Virus record (IMG/VR): IMGVR_UViG_3300032117_000009
Coordinates: 32,001-96,000 of that record
Strand: one strand, 5' to 3'
DNA from: a virus
Length of the DNA stretch: 64,000 nt
Positions within the stretch are counted from its first letter, which is position 1. Each line of letters begins with the position of its first letter. Made by a program: the position numbers and the translations under genes. Below are positions 56,515 to 64,000 of the stretch, one piece after another. The notes beneath the pieces are model-generated. The model was not told the DNA's origin, did not search any database, and worked only from the letters and a program-made list of their open reading frames with translations.

Positions 56515-57011
56515 TGATCATACCATTCTTTTTGAGCTTTTTTAATATTTTTCCATTGAACATCATGAAGTCGGTGGCGAACTTCACCATTTCTTATGTC
56601 TTTTTTAATTTTTTTGATTTTCCACCATTTTAACATCTGATGATGTTTGTTGTCTGGGTCGTCAGGATCTACTGATCTTCCCTTATCTGATAAATCTACG
56701 AGCTTTTCTTTTGAAATAACGTAAATATATCCGTGATAACCGACTTCTTGGAACTTGCCTTTGAACAATCCAGCAGGAAGTTTGCGCCCAGTTTCTTCTT
56801 CCCACTCTCTCACTGCTGCTTGGAACGGGTCTTCACCCTTTTTTACATGCCCACCAGGAAATTCCCATACTCCTGGGCTGTTCAATGGAAGCTCAGAGTG
56901 TGACCTTCTCTTAAGCAATAGAACATTACCAGTGTCCTCTGCTTTTACACAGAGTCCAGCTAGAACATCAGTATCATCAGGTGCTTTGAGTGCGTATCTC
57001 ATATCAATCAA
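56511..57011 (-). CDS. NUDIX hydrolase
   Basis: Nudix box GGHVKKGEDPFQAAVREWEEETG preceded by WEFP. Confidence 0.92.
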   Translation of the reverse strand: MIDMRYALKAPDDTDVLAGLCVKAEDTGNVLLLKRRSHSELPLNSPGVWEFPGGHVKKGEDPFQAAVREWEEETGRKLPAGLFKGKFQEVGYHGYIYVISKEKLVDLSDKGRSVDPDDPDNKHHQMLKWWKIKKIKKDIRNGEVRHRLHDVQWKNIKKAQKEWYDQ

Positions 57012-57378
57012 AAAAATGCTTATATGGGTTTTCTATAAATGGCTCTTCTATATCATCAATATGTACTCTATGTAAGTCTTTATATGGATAAATTGGTAAA
57101 TAGTCGTAATCACTTTCCCATTCGTGATAACGGTAAAGACATGGTTCACAAAAAAAGTGATTTTGTCTTCTCAAAGCTTTATGATTATATTTGTTTTTAT
57201 AATCTTGTCCATATTCACAAGAAGTATCAGCGCCTAAATCACCATAAAGATCGCCTTCTATTCCTTTATAATGGCCATTATACAACGTATCCGTTTTAGA
57301 CACTGGATGAATGTATGAACTATCGCAATTTGGGCAAACAAGAATATGTTCTTCATTGTCATGAGCATGATAAGCCAT
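57004..57378 (-). CDS. Small Zn-ribbon protein
   Basis: CPNC...CEPC. Confidence 0.55.
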   Translation of the reverse strand: MAYHAHDNEEHILVCPNCDSSYIHPVSKTDTLYNGHYKGIEGDLYGDLGADTSCEYGQDYKNKYNHKALRRQNHFFCEPCLYRYHEWESDYDYLPIYPYKDLHRVHIDDIEEPFIENPYKHFFD

Positions 57379-58151
57379 TATATTCTTCCCTTAGTCTCAT
57401 GCCATGGACCCCAATGACCATGATGCTGGATAAGATTTCTTAGCTCTTCCTGCCCATAACGCTTTTCCACAACTGGATTGAAGAAAGCTTCAAATATTTC
57501 TCTTGGAAACGTTTCATCAGTAGTTGGCTCATGAATAGTTCCATCTGAATGTTCTACCCAACCGTGAGCTAATGGTGGGCTTCCCATACCTTGGATAGTG
57601 CCATGAACTAATACTGCTCCTGGGTCACCACCAAATATTGCTCTTCTACCAGAAAGCTGGAAACATCGCCCCATTCTTCCTTCCATCGTTGAATCATCTT
57701 CGTAATTTTCATCATCTTTATCTTCATCCCAATCTTTTGAAGCGCCGTGAAGATTGAACTCAAGCTGATCTGGGTTAGGGCATTCTCCACAGTAACATTT
57801 GTCTGGGTAATTGCATACTTTATCTATGCCTGGGTCTTTAAGAGGCATTATTTTTTGTATTGTCATTTTACTTAAAGGAGCTAGGCCTTTAGGTGGCGAC
57901 CAATATTTATTGTTTGTTTCGTCATACTCACCTTCATACCAATTATCAAAACAATTATGACATGTAAATTGAGGTTCTTGCCTATTTAAATCACCATAAG
58001 CATCTTTATATGCTTTCATACACGCTTCGTCATCTACAAAAATATTTTTCCATTGATACCCATGTGGTTCTATTTGTTCAACATTATCAAAACCACAGTC
58101 TGGGCATGTAAGAATAGCACTTTTTTCTTTAGGATAGCGCATCATAATCAA
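57378..58151 (-). CDS. Zn ribbon + transglutaminase/papain-like (Cys-His-Glu) domain
   Basis: GRCFQLS...LVHGTI...AHGWVEHSDGTIHEPT after the HGAS separator. Confidence 0.55.
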   Translation of the reverse strand: MIMMRYPKEKSAILTCPDCGFDNVEQIEPHGYQWKNIFVDDEACMKAYKDAYGDLNRQEPQFTCHNCFDNWYEGEYDETNNKYWSPPKGLAPLSKMTIQKIMPLKDPGIDKVCNYPDKCYCGECPNPDQLEFNLHGASKDWDEDKDDENYEDDSTMEGRMGRCFQLSGRRAIFGGDPGAVLVHGTIQGMGSPPLAHGWVEHSDGTIHEPTTDETFPREIFEAFFNPVVEKRYGQEELRNLIQHHGHWGPWHETKGRI

Positions 58152-59326
58152 TAAAACTCTCTCGAAGAAGATTTCCAGTCAATTTCACTGTATGGGTTGT
58201 ACCCAGGAGCGCACTTGTACATATTGGCTTTTGTATTGAGCAAAGTCTTATTTACGTCTTCTACACTAAAATCATCTTTGGTAAGTGCAAGGTTTGTAAT
58301 GTCATTAGCAAAATGGTATGCTTCATGATCGTTTAAATCGTATTTGCCTGAGTAATCTTCGTAATGATTAGCAATTCCACTAGCTACGTATCGTGCATCT
58401 TTATCATGAGCTTTTAAAACGTCATCATGAGTAACAACAGGCCCTCTAGCATATGCATAGTCACCTACATTAATTCCTTTATCATGGGCATCTAAAATTT
58501 CATTTTTATTAAGATTAGAATTTTTGGCATATGCATAATCACTTAAATCAATACCTTTATTATGAGCTTCTAAAAGTTCATTATGATTAATATCAGAGTC
58601 TCTAGCATGTACATAATCATATAAATTAACACCATTATAATGAGCTGCTAAAATTTCTGCGTTACTAGGCTTAGTATATATTGGGGTTTCTTCCAAAGGA
58701 TTGTTCTCCGAGTTTGGTATTACTTTTTCAGAAGCTTCAAAATACCATGGTGTGTTTATTTTTACATTATCTATCAAAGAACTATAATTACCTTCTACAA
58801 ATTGATCATCAGATATTTGACGTAGGTGTGGGCAATGTATTCTTACTAAACGCATGCATTCTTTATGATATGGCAATGTATCGCTTCCAAACTCACCAGA
58901 TCCAGCTGATCCATAATAGTCTTCTTTATCTGGTTGCCAAGCTACTGCTTTATCATTGTCTTCAAATCTATCACCGCACATAGGGCAACATCTTTTATCT
59001 ATGGATTGCATAACTGAATTATCTAGTTCGTCTTTGGCAAAATTTGGTATATCTTGTGCATCAACTCTTGTGCTATTCCATGGCATTGGAATTCTTTTAA
59101 ATAATTTGCGGTCACCTATCTCATAACCCATTCCTTCATTTTTGGGTGTTAAGCGATCATATATTTGATTTTTTTCACGAGTCTTCACGTAAGGCCTTGG
59201 CAAGCCTATTACTTCTGGACCTTTTGGACTAAATTCTTGTGCTTTAGCTGCAATATGCAACATGTGACTAGGACCACTACAAAATAAGCAATCTGAGTAT
59301 GTAGCTGATTCATGGTACCATGCCAT
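58148..59326 (-). CDS. Modular protein: HCPHL domain + ~26-aa helical repeats
   Basis: N-terminal paralog of 44090..44728; repeats E[IL]L.AH..G[IV].[LV].DY..A[RK]. Confidence 0.6.
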   Translation of the reverse strand: MAWYHESATYSDCLFCSGPSHMLHIAAKAQEFSPKGPEVIGLPRPYVKTREKNQIYDRLTPKNEGMGYEIGDRKLFKRIPMPWNSTRVDAQDIPNFAKDELDNSVMQSIDKRCCPMCGDRFEDNDKAVAWQPDKEDYYGSAGSGEFGSDTLPYHKECMRLVRIHCPHLRQISDDQFVEGNYSSLIDNVKINTPWYFEASEKVIPNSENNPLEETPIYTKPSNAEILAAHYNGVNLYDYVHARDSDINHNELLEAHNKGIDLSDYAYAKNSNLNKNEILDAHDKGINVGDYAYARGPVVTHDDVLKAHDKDARYVASGIANHYEDYSGKYDLNDHEAYHFANDITNLALTKDDFSVEDVNKTLLNTKANMYKCAPGYNPYSEIDWKSSSREFY

Positions 59327-59329
59327 TAG

Positions 59330-60370
59330 TTATCTATCATACCAATTCTTAGATGAGAACATAGGCTTTTGTCCACCAAGAGTATTATTATTTCTGTCAT
59401 AAAGGAATTTATGCATATGTTCTATATGTTTTTTGACAGTATCAACATCATTTTCACCTTCTACATAATCAATGGGTAAAAAATGAGCTTGTGACCAAGA
59501 AACACCTATTTGATTCCCATGTTTATCGTTAATTGGTTCATGATGAAAAACTACATGCCCGTTATCATATGAAGCATGATACGTTGCATTATGCAAATCT
59601 TCATATTTTTTTGCTTCTGTTTTAGCTTCATCTAAATTTTTTGATCTTCCATATATGTCATACATACCCGTAAAATTATCTGTTCTCCCCTCTGGGTGTT
59701 CATGCTCTATGTGTCCAGAAAAAAGATGACCTTTCCCAATATTTGTAGCACTATTAGGTTCAGTTACATTAATAGAATTATCAATGCCATTTTCATTATA
59801 TGGTGGATAATTCATAAAAGATATTTCATGATATGGTTCATGTGACCATTCTTCTGGCTTCCATTCGCCAGTTGTTTTATTGTATGCAGCTTCATGATAC
59901 CAATTCATTGATGACTCTTTTTCTTTACCATACTTTCCGCCACGCTTCTTGTATTCTTTAACAACCCAAGCATTAGCTACGGCAGAAGGATATACATCAA
60001 ACTTTTGCTTGGCCTCAGACTTAACTTTAGAATATAATTCTTTGTCTGTTGGGTCGCCCTTACGATGTTTGATGATATGATCGTAATCTTTTTTGTTTTT
60101 ACCAGAATATTTACCTATACTGCCTTGATAAAGATCACAATCACAATGTTTACACTCTGACCAACCATCATCTAACGTAGTATGGTCCTCGTCATCGTGA
60201 CCACATCCACATAGGCCACAAGCATGGAACTCAGTATCTGGGTGATACTCAGTACCACAATGATTACATGCTATGTCGCCATTACCTTTGAGTCTAAATT
60301 GATTTGATAGATCATTAAAAAGATGTTCTGAAAAATCATGATTGTCCTTATCAGCGTAGTAATAACCCAT
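59330..60370 (-). CDS. Modular protein: Zn module + basic helical module + copy of the 30338 domain
   Basis: KESSMNWYHEAA precedes YNKTTGEWKPEEW. Confidence 0.6.
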   Translation of the reverse strand: MGYYYADKDNHDFSEHLFNDLSNQFRLKGNGDIACNHCGTEYHPDTEFHACGLCGCGHDDEDHTTLDDGWSECKHCDCDLYQGSIGKYSGKNKKDYDHIIKHRKGDPTDKELYSKVKSEAKQKFDVYPSAVANAWVVKEYKKRGGKYGKEKESSMNWYHEAAYNKTTGEWKPEEWSHEPYHEISFMNYPPYNENGIDNSINVTEPNSATNIGKGHLFSGHIEHEHPEGRTDNFTGMYDIYGRSKNLDEAKTEAKKYEDLHNATYHASYDNGHVVFHHEPINDKHGNQIGVSWSQAHFLPIDYVEGENDVDTVKKHIEHMHKFLYDRNNNTLGGQKPMFSSKNWYDR

Positions 60371-60372
60371 TA

Positions 60373-61107
60373 CTAGCCCTTAAGCTTTTGTATGTCAGCT
60401 TGAAGGTCGGATAGACGGAAATTGCGTAGCTTTCCAGCCTCTACAGCCTCAGGAGTGATTATTGCCCATGTCTCTTCGAGGTAGCACTGAAACCACTGCT
60501 TTGTTACAGCTTGGATCTCTCCCCAGGTTACAACATAAAAGTACTTTTCATCATAACCAACGATGATGACACAGTGGCCACCTTCAATCTGCTGGTCAGC
60601 TGGAGTACCAGTAAGTGCCCATGGCTTGCCCTCTTGGAACTGCTGCATGCAAGGGGCAGGGACAAGAATACCGATGTAACAGAAGCCAAAGGCATTGACT
60701 ACTGACTTGATCTCATCGAAGTCCTTGTGGTCAGTAGGAGCGTAAGCAGCGATCTTTGATCCAAATAGACCCTCTGATTCCCAATGGGCGAGAAGATCAG
60801 CTTCAATAGCACCTTGGTCGGCACCATTGGTATACTGGAGGTAAGCGTTAACTACGTCTTGGTCGTTAAGAAGCTTTTCTTTAACGCCATCGAGCTGAGC
60901 TACCGCCATCTTAGCGTGGTAAGCTCCAGCGAATGTGCAGTCGCCATACTTATCATTACCAAGCATGTACCAATCTGGTACAGCAGGAGCACCAAGAGTG
61001 GCAGGGGCTTTTGGAAGAGGATTTTCCTGGTAATAAGCTAACATGTGTAGACCATCTGGCCTAACAGCTGGCTTACGACCTAAACGACCTGCAATACGCT
61101 CTGACAT
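60373..61107 (-). CDS. Papain-like cysteine peptidase (C1-like)
   Basis: MLGNDKYGDCTFAG (catalytic Cys); GGHCVIIVGYD...VVTWG (catalytic His). Confidence 0.8.
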   Translation of the reverse strand: MSERIAGRLGRKPAVRPDGLHMLAYYQENPLPKAPATLGAPAVPDWYMLGNDKYGDCTFAGAYHAKMAVAQLDGVKEKLLNDQDVVNAYLQYTNGADQGAIEADLLAHWESEGLFGSKIAAYAPTDHKDFDEIKSVVNAFGFCYIGILVPAPCMQQFQEGKPWALTGTPADQQIEGGHCVIIVGYDEKYFYVVTWGEIQAVTKQWFQCYLEETWAIITPEAVEAGKLRNFRLSDLQADIQKLKG

Positions 61108-61329
61108 TTTTTATCCTCTCGACAGTGATACAAAGGGTTCTCCCTATGTATTGTGAGAGCGTTCAATAAATAAATGCCTAGTTATGCCTTTATCGCATAA
61201 TATGGCTCATGGTTTTCACACATGCAAGTTCCTTCATCAAGAACTCGCTGTACTCTACTTGCTTCTGACCTAATATTGTAAGTTTTTGAAATCCAGCGAC
61301 CACATTTTACTTGCCAAACTTTATTTTTT

Positions 61330-61587
61330 TCACTTGTCTTGTGGAATATCATTATAATCTACTATCTTTAGCTTTTCGTTTTCATCAATCAAAGAGTTTA
61401 ATACCTGCAATGATTGGTATTCTTTGCACCTGGATATAAGTTTTAAACACTTACATTGCTTTGGCGTCTTGTATTCAGACTCAACTGGGTAATGCTGCTC
61501 TTTTATTACGTTAATGAGACTACGTGCAGCTACGTATTGGCTAGCTGTTATCAGAACGCCACGATATTTTTTTTCTTGATCTTCCAT
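61330..61587 (-). CDS. Small hypothetical early-type protein
   Basis: ORF track; operon context. Confidence 0.45.
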   Translation of the reverse strand: MEDQEKKYRGVLITASQYVAARSLINVIKEQHYPVESEYKTPKQCKCLKLISRCKEYQSLQVLNSLIDENEKLKIVDYNDIPQDK

Positions 61588-61591
61588 TATA

Positions 61592-61819
61592 TCAAGATGA
61601 CAGAAGTGTATTGTTCTCTAATGCTCGGTAAAGCTTGATGAACTTCGCAACATCTTCCTCATAAATTGGAGTCATATGGCCAGACTCAAGCCAATCAACA
61701 ACAGGTGAAGCAACTTTCACAAGCTCAGCAGATTTCTCTACAAACTTATCTTGATTTGCACGCTTGTTGATATAACTCTTCATATCAGTCGTCATTGTCT
61801 GACTCCATTTCATCCTCAT
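61592..61819 (-). CDS. Small hypothetical protein
   Basis: ORF track; probable start at MTTD. Confidence 0.5.
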   Translation of the reverse strand: MRMKWSQTMTTDMKSYINKRANQDKFVEKSAELVKVASPVVDWLESGHMTPIYEEDVAKFIKLYRALENNTLLSS

Positions 61820-62066
61820 TGTTAACTTCCAAATCGTTCTTGAAATCTTCGATGATATCAGTCATGATCTCAGACTCAATAAGAACTTCACGCTGAATTG
61901 CCTGCATCATCAAGTTCATGTCAGATTTCAGCTCTTCCAAAGTTTCACCAAATGGTGAGCATTCATCAGTCCAGCCTTCAATCTTCTTGTTTTCATCATA
62001 AAATACCTCACGGATATTGAAGTGTCCATCTTCATTTACCATGATTCGGTAGTTCCAGGTCTTCAT
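61785..62066 (-). CDS. Conserved small phage protein (WNYRIM...IREVFYD...GETLEEL)
   Basis: Motif common among phage hypotheticals; GGAGA SD. Confidence 0.65.
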   Translation of the reverse strand: MKTWNYRIMVNEDGHFNIREVFYDENKKIEGWTDECSPFGETLEELKSDMNLMMQAIQREVLIESEIMTDIIEDFKNDLEVNNEDEMESDNDD

Positions 62067-62130
62067 TACAATCTCCCCATCCGTGGCTATTTTAGCTCAG
62101 GATCAATTATACACCAATATGTAGGTATAT

Positions 62131-62451
62131 TTACTGATCTTCCTTTACAACTTCCCAGACACGATTAGGCTTCTTGTGAGCTACAGGACGAATCGACTCT
62201 CTAGTGCGATTGGTGCTATTGATGTAATTATCTCGCTTGAACTCTCGAATGATTGGGCCTAGAGCACTAAGATTATGAGTCGTGACAGTTTGATTGTCAA
62301 GGTAATCCCTAATATCATCAGCTGTGAACTCATCATTGTTTGCAATCACATAGTGGATTGCTTCCCTAGCAACGTTCTTCCACTCATCATTTGCGTTGTC
62401 ATATGAGCGTTGGATAGCTGCCTCAGTCATATCAAATGTAAGCTGTTCCAT
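62131..62451 (-). CDS. Hypothetical protein (winged-helix-like)
   Basis: FTADDI...ALGPII...RVW pattern; SD AAAGGA. Confidence 0.5.
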   Translation of the reverse strand: MEQLTFDMTEAAIQRSYDNANDEWKNVAREAIHYVIANNDEFTADDIRDYLDNQTVTTHNLSALGPIIREFKRDNYINSTNRTRESIRPVAHKKPNRVWEVVKEDQ

Positions 62452-62535
62452 GTTTTTCCTTTACTTTTTTATCAACCTGGGACTTCCAGGTGCTCAATGC
62501 TTTTTGTCACCTTCACAGGTTATGTCACATTATAA

Positions 62536-62919
62536 TCACCACCAACTGTCGTAATAAACTTCCATGTCCTGAGACATTGCCTCACGAGCCTTCTTGACAA
62601 ACTCAAGATCACGCTCATCTTCCTCAGGACGAGAATGCCCAAAGAAGAATCCATCAGTGTAAGGGAGCTTCTCACCCTTCACAGCATCCTCAAGCTCCTG
62701 GAGATCCTTGAACGTCAAGCGAACAGGAACACAATTGAACTCTCCCTTACCGCCCTTAGAACGGAAAAGGCTCTCCATCCAACCATGCATGTTAGGGTGC
62801 TTGCGCCAATAAAAGATCTCTGAGTAATTCTCAGGGTTATTGTCCTGGCACCAAACAAAGTTGGTATCAGTATTGTCCTTACTAGGCATCACTGCGTATG
62901 CGTACTGGTCAAGTCCCAT
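62536..62919 (-). CDS. Conserved phage hypothetical (MGLDQY...YWRKHPNMHGWM...YYDSWW)
   Basis: Well-known phage family motif; SD AAGGAG. Confidence 0.75.
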   Translation of the reverse strand: MGLDQYAYAVMPSKDNTDTNFVWCQDNNPENYSEIFYWRKHPNMHGWMESLFRSKGGKGEFNCVPVRLTFKDLQELEDAVKGEKLPYTDGFFFGHSRPEEDERDLEFVKKAREAMSQDMEVYYDSWW

Positions 62920-62973
62920 TTCTACTCCTTTGGTTTGTTTACTGATAACACTCTAGCATACAAATTAGTTGGT

Positions 62974-63189
62974 TTAATCGATTTTCTTAAACCATTTTTG
63001 CCAAGTATTCCATTTGTTCCCATTTTCAGCAACAATAATAAAATACCTATCATCAACAATAGATTCTACTGTCCATGGAATACCTGGGGCACTTTTCCAA
63101 GTTACCTTATCTCCTGGAGCAAATTCACTATCATAGACAGCTTGAACATCAATCTGGTTCTGCCCAATGTAACCTTGTGCCATCAGCAC
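62974..63189 (-). CDS. Small SH3-like protein
   Basis: FAPGDKVTW...WTVESI pattern. Confidence 0.5.
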   Translation of the reverse strand: MLMAQGYIGQNQIDVQAVYDSEFAPGDKVTWKSAPGIPWTVESIVDDRYFIIVAENGNKWNTWQKWFKKID

Positions 63190-63521
63190 ATACCATCGGG
63201 GTCGAAGTCATCGTTTAAAACATTTTCAATCTTTTCTTGCTCTTCCATAAGAATAAGCGCAATTATCGCATAAGATGCTAAATCAATTAATGAATCTCTT
63301 GCTGACTCATTCTCAAGCTTTCCCTTTACAAGAAGAGACTGAAGGCGAATGATCTTATCATTAGCTCTGATCATTGTCCCAACCCAAGCAGGGATTCCCC
63401 AATTCTCTGAAGCTCTTACGTTAGCAAGAAAATCACTATTTGTTCCATAATCAGCAGATTTCTTTTGATGTGTAGCTTTTAGCTCATCAAGGATAGCTAA
63501 AAACCTTGGATCACCTGTCAT
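63183..63521 (-). CDS. Nucleotide-modification-associated domain 1 / DUF1599-like (MazG-like) protein
   Basis: KKSADYG...IRANDKIIRL...ESARDSLIDLASYAIIAL. Confidence 0.75.
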   Translation of the reverse strand: MTGDPRFLAILDELKATHQKKSADYGTNSDFLANVRASENWGIPAWVGTMIRANDKIIRLQSLLVKGKLENESARDSLIDLASYAIIALILMEEQEKIENVLNDDFDPDGMC

Positions 63522-63522
63522 A

Positions 63523-63711
63523 TTACTCCTTTATACCATTGTCAATAGTTACAAGGCCTTCTTCAATCAATGAAGCAGCTGTTCTTCCATAATGACCCTG
63601 AAGACTCCATGCCATTCCATTATCAACAAGGCCCTGGAACAACTTAATTACACCATCGTAATCAAGCTCTCCATTCTCATATTTCATCATTTGTTCAAAT
63701 AAATTAAACAA
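63523..63711 (-). CDS. Conserved small phage protein (YENGEL...LFQGLVDNGMAWSLQGHYGR)
   Basis: Recognisable phage family motif. Confidence 0.7.
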   Translation of the reverse strand: MFNLFEQMMKYENGELDYDGVIKLFQGLVDNGMAWSLQGHYGRTAASLIEEGLVTIDNGIKE

Positions 63712-63834
63712 TGGTTATTCTTTCTAGTCTCTCTTGCGCTCACTACCACCGACGATTGCCATTGCCATAAAAGCTATGAATAATACTATCACAAATGTAA
63801 TCATTTTAATTTCCTTTCGTAAACTATTTTTTTT

Positions 63835-63843
63835 ATTATATCA
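63835..63843 (-). promoter_or_regulatory. Extended -10 sigma70-type promoter (TGaTATAAT)
   Basis: Perfect TGnTATAAT in an AT-rich gap, with TTGCAA 19 nt upstream and an AAAGGA SD plus a small ORF downstream. Confidence 0.65.
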
Positions 63844-64000
63844 TAGTTTATTTAGGATTTTGCAAAAAGTTTACTTTTATGTCACTTGAACTTATTTTTC
63901 TTTTCTTTATCTTCATCAAGAATAAGAGCAGCAATAAGAGAGCTAATGCTTCCAATGAGTGAAAAAATAGCTCCCCATACAAATCCCCATGCAAAACTAT

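Noticed and set aside
817-63273. Plus-strand ORFs in the track (e.g. 14732..15250, 21393..21971, 40440..40784)
   Set aside because: All lie antisense to longer, motif-bearing minus-strand genes and lack recognisable domains or SD sites, so they are treated as shadow ORFs.
1-64000. Stop-codon reassignment (as in some large phages)
   Set aside because: Genes tile the minus strand densely under code 11, and TAA, TAG and TGA all end genes at coupled junctions.

Overview
A 64-kb segment of a large, AT-rich tailed phage genome in which essentially every real gene lies on the minus strand. The major capsid protein, protease, portal and overall layout resemble, from memory and not from a database search, the Bxz1/Myrna (mycobacteriophage cluster C)-like myoviruses, so an actinobacterial host is likely. 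In transcription order (right to left) there are five parts. (i) 61.1-64 kb: small early-type genes. (ii) About 30-61 kb: a tightly coupled run of modular, Cys/His-rich and acidic proteins, including ParB-like, two ADP-ribosyltransferase-like, NUDIX, transglutaminase-like and papain-like domains. (iii) 27.4-30 kb: Dps and seven tRNA genes interleaved with two homing endonucleases and an unexplained D-armless tRNA-like element. (iv) 13.6-26.8 kb: the head module (intein-containing portal, prohead protease, scaffold, decoration protein, major capsid protein). (v) 1-13.6 kb: tail, neck and fibre genes with an amidase endolysin and a glycosyltransferase-methyltransferase fusion. The main candidate novelty is an apparent polyprotein cargo system. 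Head proteins and about 25 upstream proteins are built from shuffled modules whose boundaries carry a recurring [K/R/H]-x-[A/S]-[S/A] motif, often preceded by a Trp motif. The extreme case is a ~1,230-aa protein with 12 modules, nearly all Zn-binding, each closed by (A/S)WG(F/L), 11 of them followed by a KKAS-like linker. The motifs are seen directly in the sequence. That they are prohead-protease cleavage or packaging signals is inference.
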